Below, piece by piece: positions 1-9,312 of a stretch of DNA of 53,407 nt. How positions within the stretch are numbered: the first letter of the stretch is position 1; every line of letters begins with the position of its first letter. The notes beneath the pieces are model-generated. The model saw nothing but the letters and a program-made list of their open reading frames with translations, searched no databases and had not been told where the DNA came from. This DNA comes from a virus (lineage: Duplodnaviria; Caudoviricetes). The translations under genes were made by a program, and so were the position numbers. The stretch is taken from the IMG/VR virus record IMGVR_UViG_3300036859_000475, positions 1-53,407 of that record. The stretch is one strand, 5' to 3'.

Positions 1-186
1 GGATCGTGGCGTGGTGCACACGTTGCGGCGCCGACGTCTACGTGCACGAGATCCAGCCGGGCTCCGATGTTTGTCGAGGCACGATGTTCGTCCGGACCTA
101 CGGGATGCTGCGGGCACGCCCGTGCGGTCACGAATGCAGCCTCGGAGGGGAAGGGTTGCCACTGATTCGGTGGCAGGCCCTGCAGC
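1..186. repeat. Terminal direct repeat, left copy (circular overlap or terminal redundancy)
   Basis: Identical to 53222-53407 except G59 vs A53280. Confidence 0.97.
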
Positions 187-220
187 TGCCGAACCCGTTC
201 CTCGGCGGGACAGCCGCCGC

Positions 221-1747
221 GTGACACAGGAGTCTGTCGAGCTCGAGCTGGCGCTCGCGGTCGACACGCTCGAGTACGAGGTCTTCAAGCGCTACTACCG
301 CCTCGACCCAGCTGGGTTTGTGGAGGACTGCATCGACTGGGACCGGGCGCATGCGCGTCCGACACGCTATCAGCTCGAGTCGCTGGACGACATGGTCCGC
401 TACGGCCGCGAATCGGTGCGGGCCCTGCACGGCGCGGGGAAGACCGCACCAGCGTCGTGGGCGACGCTGTGGTTCGCGATCACTCGCGACGGACAGGACT
501 GGAAGGCACCGACGACGGCCTCGGTGTGGCGCCAGCTACAGCGTTTCTTGTGGCCCGAGGTCCACAAGTGGCACCGTCTGTTGCGATGGGACCGCATCGG
601 ACGCGCGCCGTTCGCCGAGAAGCGCGAGCTGCTCGATCTCGCCATCCAGACCGAGACGGGGGCGGCCTTCGCCGTGGCCTCCAAGCAGCCGGCGGACCTG
701 GAGGGCGCGCACGCCGACCACATCCTGTACGTGGTGGACGAGGGTAAGAGCGTCCCCGACAGCGTGTATGACGCCATCGAGGGCGCCTTCGCCGGGGCGG
801 GCAAGGACACGGGCATGGAGGCCTTTGCGCTGAACTACTCGACTCCGGGCGCGCCGGCGGGTCGCTTCTACGCCATTCAGAGTCGGCGGCCGGGCTTCGA
901 ACACTGGCACGTCCGGCACGTCACGCTGGAGGAGGCCGTGGACGCCGGCCGGGTGTCGGCGCAGTGGGCCGAGACGATGCGCCGACAGTGGGGGCAGGAC
1001 TCGCCGATGTACCAGCAGCGCGTGCTGGGCAACTTCTCCTCCGACGAGGACTCCGTCATCGCGCTGGACTGGGTGGAGGCCGCGAACGAGCGGTGGCTCG
1101 AGCTCGCTGGTGCGCGTGGGCGCGTGCAGGTGGTGGGGCAGGCCACGGCGCTCGGCGTCGACGTCGGGGGCGGGTCGGCAGAGACGGTGTTTGCCCGGCG
1201 GTACGGCGCGGTCCTGAGCGAGATCGAGACCGACACGCGGCGCGACGAGATGCAGATCGCCGGGCGGATCGTAGCGCTGACCGATGCCGAGGGTGGCGTC
1301 CCGGTCGTGGACGTGATCGGCATAGGCTCGGGCGTGGTAGCGCGGCTGCGCGAGCTCAAGCGCTCGGTGATGGGGTTTAACGCCGGCGAGTCGGCGGGCA
1401 ACCTCACGGACCGCTCGGGCAAGCTGCGCTTCGCCAACAGGCGGTCGGCGGCGTGGTGGGGCATGCGCGAGCGCCTTCACCCGGAGCTCGGGGACAGGAT
1501 CGCGCTGCCGCCCGACGACATGCTCACTGCCGACCTCGTCACCCCACGCTGGTCGGAGACGTCGTCCGGGCGCATCCTGATCGAGCCCAAGGACGAGATC
1601 GCGGGACGGCTCGGGGGCCGGTCCACCGACCGTGGTGACGCGGTCGTGCAGGCCTTTGCTCTTGAGCTGCTAGAACACCTGGACCGACCCCGCGCCCGGC
1701 GGGCGCGGGTGGGACTTGGTGTGCGTTCGGTCGCACCGCAGAAATGA
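221..1747 (+). CDS. terL: Terminase large subunit
   Basis: Walker A-like ALHGAGKT, Walker B ILYVVDE, STP coupling motif, nuclease motifs GVDVG and STDRGDA. GTG at 221 overlaps the upstream stop (GTGA). Confidence 0.92.
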   Translation: MTQESVELELALAVDTLEYEVFKRYYRLDPAGFVEDCIDWDRAHARPTRYQLESLDDMVRYGRESVRALHGAGKTAPASWATLWFAITRDGQDWKAPTTASVWRQLQRFLWPEVHKWHRLLRWDRIGRAPFAEKRELLDLAIQTETGAAFAVASKQPADLEGAHADHILYVVDEGKSVPDSVYDAIEGAFAGAGKDTGMEAFALNYSTPGAPAGRFYAIQSRRPGFEHWHVRHVTLEEAVDAGRVSAQWAETMRRQWGQDSPMYQQRVLGNFSSDEDSVIALDWVEAANERWLELAGARGRVQVVGQATALGVDVGGGSAETVFARRYGAVLSEIETDTRRDEMQIAGRIVALTDAEGGVPVVDVIGIGSGVVARLRELKRSVMGFNAGESAGNLTDRSGKLRFANRRSAAWWGMRERLHPELGDRIALPPDDMLTADLVTPRWSETSSGRILIEPKDEIAGRLGGRSTDRGDAVVQAFALELLEHLDRPRARRARVGLGVRSVAPQK

Positions 1748-1788
1748 TTAGCCTCCGGTACGCTCGCGCGTATTATCGACTGCGACCG

Positions 1789-1974
1789 ATGAGTGACCCG
1801 CCGATGTCGCGCTGGCGCGTGCTGACGCCGTTGGAGTGGCTGCGCGTCGCGCTGTGCGGTTTGTTCTGGCTGGGGCTGATCGGCGCCGGCGTACTCGTGC
1901 ATCCGGCCCTGGGGGCGCTGGGATTGTCGGTCGGGGCACTGGCGGTCCTGTTGCTCACGATGGGGACGCCGTGA
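1789..1974 (+). CDS. Small membrane protein
   Basis: Two hydrophobic segments; start could be 1744. Confidence 0.6.
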   Translation: MSDPPMSRWRVLTPLEWLRVALCGLFWLGLIGAGVLVHPALGALGLSVGALAVLLLTMGTP

Positions 1975-2222
1975 GCCAGCAGCCCAAGAGCCGCGACATG
2001 TTCCCCGTGCTGCATACGCGCGGGGGCGAGATTCGCTATGTGCGTCAGCGATTCCTGAGCTACAGCCTTGATGATCGGCGGCGGTGGGTCGCCTGGCTGA
2101 ACACGGCCTATCACGGCGAGAACGAGATCAGGTCACGTCCGGTTGCCCGGGCCCGGTGGCGGTGGCTGCTTCATCTCCGTACGCATCGGTTGTGCGCCAC
2201 GCTGCGCAGGGATTGGTCGTGA
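1971..2222 (+). CDS. Hypothetical protein
   Basis: GTGA overlaps with both neighbours. Confidence 0.5.
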   Translation: MSQQPKSRDMFPVLHTRGGEIRYVRQRFLSYSLDDRRRWVAWLNTAYHGENEIRSRPVARARWRWLLHLRTHRLCATLRRDWS

Positions 2223-2401
2223 ACGCCGCCGAACCTCTGAGCACGGACAAGCTCAAATCCATGATCGAGGCGTGCTACGCAGCGTGCTTGCGTCGCGAGA
2301 TCGTGGCCATTCCCGCCCACGCCTATCCTCCGAAGTGGCTCGAACGGGCCCACGATCCAGAAGCTGGATCAGTTCGGCCGCTTGACTGGTTGGCCGAGTG
2401 A
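2219..2401 (+). CDS. Hypothetical protein
   Basis: GTGA overlaps; its stop overlaps the portal start. Confidence 0.5.
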   Translation: MNAAEPLSTDKLKSMIEACYAACLRREIVAIPAHAYPPKWLERAHDPEAGSVRPLDWLAE

Positions 2402-4620
2402 ATCTGTTCCCGTCGCTTTCGCTCAAGGTGGCTCCGCAGGCCAAGGACTTCCGGTCCATCGTGGCGCCCACGCAGAGAGGTCGGCCCTACCGAGACTCGT
2501 GGGACGTGGAGAAGGCCGTGCGCGAGGGGATGCAGCGCATGACCTGGGTCTTCCGGGCCGTGCACGTGCGGGCCACGAAGTCGGCCGGACTGCCGATCCT
2601 GGTGCGACGCGGCTCCCCACATAGCGAGGACGTCGACGAGGCCCACGCGCTGCTGCCGTTGCTCAACGCCTACCCCTCGCCCGAGGAGTCTGCCTACGTC
2701 TTCCGCTATCGCCTCTCGGCCGTCGTGGACCTGTCGCGCATGGGCGCTTTCGCGGAGGTGGAGCGCAACGAGCTCGACGACCCGATAGGGCTGCGCCTTC
2801 TTCCGCCCGGGTACACGAGCCCGATCCCCGGCACGCGCGACAACTTCCTGGACGGCTTCCGGGTCCACATCCCCGGCCTCGAGCCCTACACGCTCAAGCC
2901 GGAACAGGTGGTGTGGGTCAAGCACCCGCACCCGACCAACCCGTACGTCGGCATGACGCCGCTGGAGGCGGCGGGCATCACCATCGACACCGAATGGATG
3001 GCCAAGCTCTACCAGCGCAACTTCCTGGCCAACGACGGCCGGATGGGCGGAATCCTGCTCTTGGCCGGCGAGGTGTCTTACGACGATATCGAGGAGTTGC
3101 AGGCGCGCATCGACGCGCGCTCCGGGCCGTCGTCGGCCGGCCGCACGACGGTCATGGAGGCGACGCTGGAGGACGTGGCCGGTCAGGGCACGGGACAGGT
3201 GGAGGGCGTCAAGTTCATCGACACGTCGGTCTCACCGCGCGAGGCCGCCTACATGGAGATGCGCAAGTTCAACAAGGAGGAGATCTTCGCCGCGTTCGGC
3301 GTGTCCGACTCCATCGGGACGGGCTCGTCGGTGGACCGGACGTTCTCGAACGCGGACGCCGACTATCTCCAATTTTGGCGAGACACGATGGTGGACCACT
3401 GCACGCTGCTGGATCGGCCCTTCGACCTGGTGGACTCCGACCCCGCGACCTTCGTGGCCCACGACTTCTCGGAGGTGGCCGTGCTGGCGCGCGATCGCAT
3501 GGAGCGTGAGAAGCATCTGCTGGAACAGCTCAAGGCCGGGGCCATTACTTGGAACGAGTACCGGGCAGAGGTCGGCCGCGATCCGTACGCCGAAGGAGGA
3601 GACTCGGTCCTAGAGCCGCTGTCCCTGGTGCCCGTGGCCGGAACGGGCGGGGGATCGCGGACGAAAGCGCGCGTGCTGGCGCGAACGAAGGAGGCCCCGG
3701 GCGGTGCCAGCCTGCCCGCCGTCGTCGCCTGGGGCCCCTTCGTCGTGGACGCCAAGGCGCTGGCGGCACGACGGCGGGAGCGCGAGAAGCGAATCCGATC
3801 CTGGGAGCGGCAAGCCGTGGGCGTCCTGCGCTCGCTGTTCGAGCGGCAACAGAGGGCGACGCTGGCCAAGCTGCGCGGTGCCAAGACGCGCCAGGGAACC
3901 CGGCATTGGATCGTGCCATCACCCGAGCTCGCCGGACCCAACCCGAAGCTCACGGTGGCCGTCGGCAACGGCACGAAGATCATCGGAGCCCAGGACGTGT
4001 TCGACCTCGAGCGCTGGGACGAGGAGATCGCCAAGGACTTCGGGGCGCTGCTGCGCGAGGTGGCCGTCAGCTTCGGCGAGGACGCCTTCGACGCGCTGTC
4101 GGAGGCCAAGGGGCTACGGGGCTGGGAGACCAAGCAGGGGGAGACCTTCGACCCCGACGCGCCTCGCCTGCTGCGCTTCATCCTGGCACGGACGAACCTC
4201 ATCAAGGGCGCCAACCAGACGACCTTCGAGGCGATCGCCGCCACGCTGGCCGAGGGGGACTCCCTCGGTGAGACCATCGATGACCTGGCCACGCGCATCT
4301 TGGCCGTGTTCTCCGAGGCCCGCGGCTATCGTGCCGAGCGCATTGCGCGCACCGAGATCATATCGGCGGCAAATCTCGGCTCGCGTGAGGCCGCCATACA
4401 ATCCGAGGTCGTCGAGACGCACACTTGGTTGGCGACTCCAGACCAGAGGACGCGGGAGGCGCACGCCGACGCGGACGGCCAGACGGTGGGACTCGACGAG
4501 CCCTACGTGGTGGACGGCGCCGAGCTGTTGTTCCCGGGCGATCCAGATGGTCCGCCCGAGCTGACGATCAACTGTCGCTGCACAGAGATCTACGGTGTGG
4601 AAGGAGGTCCGGTCCTCTGA
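2398..4620 (+). CDS. Portal protein fused to a Mu gpF-like minor head domain
   Basis: HK97-like portal motifs (YVGMTPL, NFLAND..GGIL, AAFGV, AITWNEYR); C-terminus RIARTE...W...D.RTREAH...FPGDP...INCRC. Confidence 0.9.
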   Translation: MNLFPSLSLKVAPQAKDFRSIVAPTQRGRPYRDSWDVEKAVREGMQRMTWVFRAVHVRATKSAGLPILVRRGSPHSEDVDEAHALLPLLNAYPSPEESAYVFRYRLSAVVDLSRMGAFAEVERNELDDPIGLRLLPPGYTSPIPGTRDNFLDGFRVHIPGLEPYTLKPEQVVWVKHPHPTNPYVGMTPLEAAGITIDTEWMAKLYQRNFLANDGRMGGILLLAGEVSYDDIEELQARIDARSGPSSAGRTTVMEATLEDVAGQGTGQVEGVKFIDTSVSPREAAYMEMRKFNKEEIFAAFGVSDSIGTGSSVDRTFSNADADYLQFWRDTMVDHCTLLDRPFDLVDSDPATFVAHDFSEVAVLARDRMEREKHLLEQLKAGAITWNEYRAEVGRDPYAEGGDSVLEPLSLVPVAGTGGGSRTKARVLARTKEAPGGASLPAVVAWGPFVVDAKALAARRREREKRIRSWERQAVGVLRSLFERQQRATLAKLRGAKTRQGTRHWIVPSPELAGPNPKLTVAVGNGTKIIGAQDVFDLERWDEEIAKDFGALLREVAVSFGEDAFDALSEAKGLRGWETKQGETFDPDAPRLLRFILARTNLIKGANQTTFEAIAATLAEGDSLGETIDDLATRILAVFSEARGYRAERIARTEIISAANLGSREAAIQSEVVETHTWLATPDQRTREAHADADGQTVGLDEPYVVDGAELLFPGDPDGPPELTINCRCTEIYGVEGGPVL

Positions 4621-6446
4621 TGTCCTGGCGCGTGGAGAAGGGCGGCGGAACGTGCTCGGCAGATGAGTGGGCCGTCCTTAAGCAGGACGACGAATCGACG
4701 GCCGGCTGCCATTCGACGCGCCGCAAGGCCGAAGCTCAGATGCGGGCGTTGTACGCCTCCGAGAAGCAGTCCATGCGCGAGCTCGTGGCGGCCTGGCTAT
4801 GTCTGGACGGCGAGGCGCGCGCTGAGATCGTGGCAGAGCTCGGGATCGACCCGCCCGGAGGGCCGGGCAACTGGGACGAGGCGTGCATGAAGGCGGTTCG
4901 GGAACAGGGCAAGACGGAAGCGTTGCGCGAAGCGCTGCACTCGCGCACGATGGGAGGCGACATGGTCAAGCAGACGGAGACCGACTACACAGCAGACCCG
5001 CGCTTCGAGCACAAGACGGTGCGGGCGGCCGGCGTGAAGGTGCTGGACGGCGAGGCCGGCATCTTGGAGGCCTTCGTCGCCGGGATCGGCAACGTCGACG
5101 CTGGCGGGGACGTTATCGAGGCGACGTTCTTCCAGTCCTCCCTGGACAAGCACCTGCGCAAGATGCCCAAGGGCGTGGCGGGACACGACTGGTTGCAGCC
5201 CGTGGCCAAGACCCTGGAGACGCGCACGGTCAAGGCGGGCTCGCCCGAGCTTCCCGCGCAGATCAAGGCGGCGGGCGCGGGGGGCCAGTACGTCAAGGCG
5301 CAATTTAACCTCGACACGCAGCGTGGGCGCGAGACGTTTAGCGACGTGAAGTTCTTCGGGGAGGAGCAGGAGTTCTCGATCGGTTACATCGCTGAGGTGG
5401 CGCCCAAGGACGACGACGGCGTCCGGCATTTGCGCGAGGGCGCGTGGTACGAGTGGTCGCCCGTCCTGTTCGGCATGAACCCGGTCACGGCCACCGTCGG
5501 GGTCAAGGGGCTCGCTGCCGTCATGGCCGAGATCACCGAGGCGGTGGGAACTGAAGGCCCGGTGGACGTCGAGCGCATGGAGGCCGTCCTGCGCGACATG
5601 GGCCCGGACAAGGTGCGGCGGATCGCAGAATCAAAGATCGTGCAGGAGTTCCTGTGCGGCTGCGCCCTGGAGGATAAGGCCGTGTCGGAGAAGCCGTGGG
5701 ACGGCGCAGCCTCCCGCTTCACCGACGAGCAGTACAAGCGGGCATGCGCCGGCTGTCGGGGCGAGGACGAGGAGCACCCGAAATCGGACTGCTATCTTCC
5801 CCACCACGAGCCTGCCGGGGCCGTGAGCCGGGCCGGGGTTCACGCAGCCGCCGCTCGCTTCAACCAGACGCAGGACGTGTCCGACGCGGCCAAGGGTCAC
5901 CTAGCTGCGCACTACCGCAACGATCTGGACGAGGACGTGCCGGTGTCCCTGGGTGGCGAGGAGAAGGCCGGGACCAAGGAAGCCGTGGCCGGGTCGGTGG
6001 AGGAGCGCCAGGAGGCCATTTCCGACGCCGTCCGTGCCTGGGTGGCGGCGACGTATCCCCCCACGCCGGGCGAGCCCGACTACGGCCACTACGGCTGGAT
6101 CGTGGCCACCTTCGCCGACCACGTGATCGTGTGCGTGTACGCGGAGGACGGGGAGCGGCGCTTCCTTGACTTCCCCTACTCGATCGACGCCGTGGGCGAG
6201 GCGACGCTGGGCGATCCCACGGAGGTGGATCTCACGACGGTCGTGTCCCCGAAGACGCTGGAGGCCGCGCTGGCCAAGGCCGGAGCCCGTCACTCGCGCA
6301 CGGACCAGGAGAACATCCAGGCCGCGCACGACGCGATCGTGAAGGCCGGGGCCTACTGCTGGCCCAAGCCGGACGAAGGCAAGATGCCAGCGTGGTCGAT
6401 GACCGACGTGGCTGCGCTGGAGCTGCTGCAGGCCGAGCTGTCTTGA
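4620..6446 (+). CDS. Prohead protease with N- and C-terminal extensions
   Basis: GNVDAGGDVI, HDW, EFSIGY, YEWSPVLFGMN; located between portal and capsid. Confidence 0.88.
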   Translation: MSWRVEKGGGTCSADEWAVLKQDDESTAGCHSTRRKAEAQMRALYASEKQSMRELVAAWLCLDGEARAEIVAELGIDPPGGPGNWDEACMKAVREQGKTEALREALHSRTMGGDMVKQTETDYTADPRFEHKTVRAAGVKVLDGEAGILEAFVAGIGNVDAGGDVIEATFFQSSLDKHLRKMPKGVAGHDWLQPVAKTLETRTVKAGSPELPAQIKAAGAGGQYVKAQFNLDTQRGRETFSDVKFFGEEQEFSIGYIAEVAPKDDDGVRHLREGAWYEWSPVLFGMNPVTATVGVKGLAAVMAEITEAVGTEGPVDVERMEAVLRDMGPDKVRRIAESKIVQEFLCGCALEDKAVSEKPWDGAASRFTDEQYKRACAGCRGEDEEHPKSDCYLPHHEPAGAVSRAGVHAAAARFNQTQDVSDAAKGHLAAHYRNDLDEDVPVSLGGEEKAGTKEAVAGSVEERQEAISDAVRAWVAATYPPTPGEPDYGHYGWIVATFADHVIVCVYAEDGERRFLDFPYSIDAVGEATLGDPTEVDLTTVVSPKTLEAALAKAGARHSRTDQENIQAAHDAIVKAGAYCWPKPDEGKMPAWSMTDVAALELLQAELS

Positions 6447-6703
6447 CCGTCCCCGTCCCCCAGCCAGTGCCGTCCACTGGCGCGTCCCGTCCCAGCTTGC
6501 GGGGCGGCGACGGCGACGTCGACGACGTGCGCAAGGCCCTGATAGCCTTCCGCGCGGCCTGCATCCTGGTGGCCGAGCGCTTCGATGCCCTCGAGCAGGC
6601 GCAGGCCGGATTGGACGCCGCGCAGCGCAACTACGCGCAGGCGCTGTCTGAGAAGGGTCGGGCGCAGGAGGCGCTCGATCGCGCGGCGGGGGAGTTGCCG
6701 TGA
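6443..6703 (+). CDS. Hypothetical coiled-coil protein
   Basis: Overlaps both neighbours; start uncertain. Confidence 0.5.
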   Translation: MTVPVPQPVPSTGASRPSLRGGDGDVDDVRKALIAFRAACILVAERFDALEQAQAGLDAAQRNYAQALSEKGRAQEALDRAAGELP

Positions 6704-7128
6704 GCATGCGCGACGTTCACGCCGGGATGTTCGCCGAGATGAACGCCCTCGGCCTAGACGTACTGGCCCGGTGCCCGGTGCACGGCTACGTCCCGGCGGC
6801 CGAATGCTCCGACATCGACGACCCCTTGTCCGGGGCCGTCGTGAAGCACACGGGCTGCGCCGAGGCCGTCGAGGTCGTGTACCGCCGCCCGGCCGAGGCT
6901 GCGGCTGACGAGCCCGTCGTGGTTGAGCGCGCCATCCCCGACTGCATGGTATGCATGCGCCCATGTCTTGTCCCGGGCGGTACGCGGGAGCTGTCCTTTC
7001 GTTTCGAGCGGGAGCCTCTGCCGCGCTGCGTCTGGTGCCTGCCCGCCTGGGCTCCAGATGCCTGGCGTTCGGTTGGCGGTCCATTGGTCGAAGTGGACGG
7101 TCAACCGATCCAACCGTTGACGCCCTGA
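6700..7128 (+). CDS. Hypothetical Cys-rich protein
   Basis: GTGA overlap; CxxH and CxxC pairs. Confidence 0.55.
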   Translation: MSMRDVHAGMFAEMNALGLDVLARCPVHGYVPAAECSDIDDPLSGAVVKHTGCAEAVEVVYRRPAEAAADEPVVVERAIPDCMVCMRPCLVPGGTRELSFRFEREPLPRCVWCLPAWAPDAWRSVGGPLVEVDGQPIQPLTP

Positions 7129-7145
7129 GCCGAGCGGCTTAAGCT
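7117..7145 (+). promoter_or_regulatory. Sigma70-type promoter for the major capsid gene
   Basis: TTGACG-17 nt-TAAGCT. Confidence 0.75.
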
Positions 7146-7234
7146 GCTCGTAGGTTTCTCGCCCGACCGGGCCGCGAGTGCTGACTTGCGGAAGGCGGCG
7201 GATCATTCCGCATCTTTCGCGAAGGAGTCGGCAC

Positions 7235-8581
7235 ATGCTCACCACCACCGACGCGGCAGACCGCGTCAAGGAACTGAAGACGGCAGCGGCCACGCTGCTG
7301 GCCGAGAACCAGGAGATCGCCCGCACCGTCAAGACGGAGGAGATCGACGGGCCGGACGGCAAGAAGATCCCCGTGCCCGTCATCGATGCCGAGCGCAAGG
7401 AGCGCTTCGACGCCAACATGGCGCAGCTCCGCGAGATCCAGGCCGAGGTGAAGCGCTTCGAGGAGCTCGGCGGCTTCGAGGGCTGGGCGTCGGCCTCCAC
7501 GGGCCAGACGGCCAACGCCGCCAACGCGGCTGCGGCAGGCATCACCAACGAGGGGCCGGTGCGCGCCAAGTCCGTGGCCCAGCTCCTGTTCGAGTCCGAG
7601 GAGTACAAGGCGTACAAGGACGCCCCGCGCTCCTTCGGCTCGGAGGCGCGCCTGGACGTCAAGTCGCTATACGCGACCAAAGACGTCTACACCGACCTGC
7701 CCACCGGGGATCCGACGCGCTTCGGGCAGATCTTCCGCGACGCCCTGGTCCCCCTGGCTCACCGCACCTTTCGGGTGCGCTCACTATTCCCCGTCGTGCG
7801 GACCACGGCCAACCAGATCGAGTTCTTCCGCGTGACGGGCTTCGGCTCGGGTGCCTCCACAGGTCCGGCGGGCATGGTGGCCGAGCGCGACGGGGCGGCC
7901 TTCGCCCTCAAGCCGCAGTCCAACCTGTCGGTGGAGGGCGTCACGGCCCTGGTGCGCACGATCGCTCACTGGGAGTCCGCGCACCGCAACGTTCTGGCCG
8001 ACGAGCCGCAGCTGCAGGGCATCATCGAGAACGAGCTCCTGTACGGGCTGCAGCTCACGGAGGACTGGCAGATCCTCAACGGCGACGGGACCGGAGAGAA
8101 CCTGCTCGGCATCCTGTCCACGCCGGGCATCCAGACCTACGCCAACACCGGAGCCGGCGGGGAGGCGGGCCCCATCGACGCCATCCGACACGCCATCACG
8201 CTCGCCTTCCTGGCCAACTACGAGGCGACGGGGATCGTGTTGACCCCGACCACATGGGAGCAGTTCGAGGTGGCCAAGGACAACGAGAATCGTTACCTGC
8301 TATTCGCCGTGGCGGGTATGCCTGGCTCTGAGCCGCGCCTGTGGCGCCTGCCCGTCGTGGTCACTCCAGCCATGCCCGCAAATACCGGTCTCGTCGGTGC
8401 CTTCGGCCTCGGCGCGACGCTGTACGACCGCGAGCAGGCGACCATCCGCGTGGCCGACCAGCACGCCGACTACTTCCTCCGAAACGCCGTGGTCATCCTG
8501 GGCGAGGAGCGGGCGGCGCTGGCGACCAAGCGGCCGGAGTCCTTCGTCAAGATCACGAATTTGAACGACGTCACTCCGTGA
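7235..8581 (+). CDS. Major capsid protein (HK97 fold)
   Basis: RBS GAAGGAG; RTIAHW, ILNGDGTGENLLGIL, RLWRLPVVVT, FLRNAVVILGEER. Confidence 0.95.
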   Translation: MLTTTDAADRVKELKTAAATLLAENQEIARTVKTEEIDGPDGKKIPVPVIDAERKERFDANMAQLREIQAEVKRFEELGGFEGWASASTGQTANAANAAAAGITNEGPVRAKSVAQLLFESEEYKAYKDAPRSFGSEARLDVKSLYATKDVYTDLPTGDPTRFGQIFRDALVPLAHRTFRVRSLFPVVRTTANQIEFFRVTGFGSGASTGPAGMVAERDGAAFALKPQSNLSVEGVTALVRTIAHWESAHRNVLADEPQLQGIIENELLYGLQLTEDWQILNGDGTGENLLGILSTPGIQTYANTGAGGEAGPIDAIRHAITLAFLANYEATGIVLTPTTWEQFEVAKDNENRYLLFAVAGMPGSEPRLWRLPVVVTPAMPANTGLVGAFGLGATLYDREQATIRVADQHADYFLRNAVVILGEERAALATKRPESFVKITNLNDVTP

Positions 8582-8610
8582 TCCGGTAAGCACCCTCGTT
8601 GGGTAGCTGA

Positions 8611-8650
8611 GGAGGCGGCTCCGTCCGAGCGGGGCCGTCTCCCTTTCCCT
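8611..8650 (+). terminator. Hairpin terminator after the capsid gene
   Basis: GGAGGCGGCTCCG / CGGGGCCGTCTCC stem followed by CTTT. Confidence 0.65.
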
Positions 8651-8679
8651 GGACGCGGCGGCGCGGTAGTGTCTGCGCA

Positions 8680-9096
8680 GTGGACGCGCGCGCGCCCTGC
8701 CCGATCTGCGGGGCTCCCGGCGGCAACTGTGTCGGCGAGCAACCGGAGCCGAGCGCGCCTCCGGCGTTTTACGAGTGGTCCGAGGAGGCAGGCATGGACA
8801 GACCCACGATGGCCCGCAATCCCATTGGTGTTCACACGCCGGTGTACGTGCATGAGGAGGTGACCGAGGAGCTCGTGGTGTATGGCGGCTCCACGACGCG
8901 CGTGCTCAAATGGGCGCGCGGCGCGAGGATCACCGTCGCCGAGGCACTGGCGCACGGTGTGCCGCTGCGCGACGCCGAGGGCTTCGAGCTGGACGAGGAA
9001 GGCGAGCGGGTGGCCGACAAGCCCGCAAAACAAAGGGCGAAGCCAGAGATGGAGACGCAGGAGGTCAAGGCACCCCTGCGTAAGAAGGCAAAGTAA
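8680..9096 (+). CDS. Hypothetical protein
   Basis: N-terminal CPICG...C; TAGTGT 7 nt upstream of GTG suggests a leaderless start. Confidence 0.65.
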   Translation: MDARAPCPICGAPGGNCVGEQPEPSAPPAFYEWSEEAGMDRPTMARNPIGVHTPVYVHEEVTEELVVYGGSTTRVLKWARGARITVAEALAHGVPLRDAEGFELDEEGERVADKPAKQRAKPEMETQEVKAPLRKKAK

Positions 9097-9132
9097 TGAC
9101 AAGGGGCACTACGGCGAAGAGAGGGGAAGCTG

Positions 9133-9312
9133 TTGCGTGATCCTAATTGGCTTGCTCAAAAGGCCATGCTTGAGGCGGAAGCCATGCGTGAGGCGTATGC
9201 ACTAGGTCACGCGGGCGAGGGAACGTGTCTGCTTTGCGGGCGGCTCATGAACGAGCATCCTCCCGAGCGAGTATTGTCCGCTGATCCGCGCCTATGTCCC
9301 TCGATGCCTTGA
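9133..9312 (+). CDS. Small hypothetical protein (59 aa, LRDPNWL...CLLCG)
   Basis: Translated by hand; purine-rich RBS; below the ORF-track cutoff. Confidence 0.4.
   Translation: MRDPNWLAQKAMLEAEAMREAYALGHAGEGTCLLCGRLMNEHPPERVLSADPRLCPSMP

Noticed and set aside
11-220. N-terminal extension of the terminase ORF from 11
   Set aside because: Overlaps the junction-spanning gene; GTG at 221 gives the usual 4-bp overlap.
1817-1828. Other GT-GCTG-AC mini-hairpins in coding DNA (also near 21436)
   Set aside because: They match common Val-Leu-Thr codons with short stems; only the two non-coding leader copies were kept.
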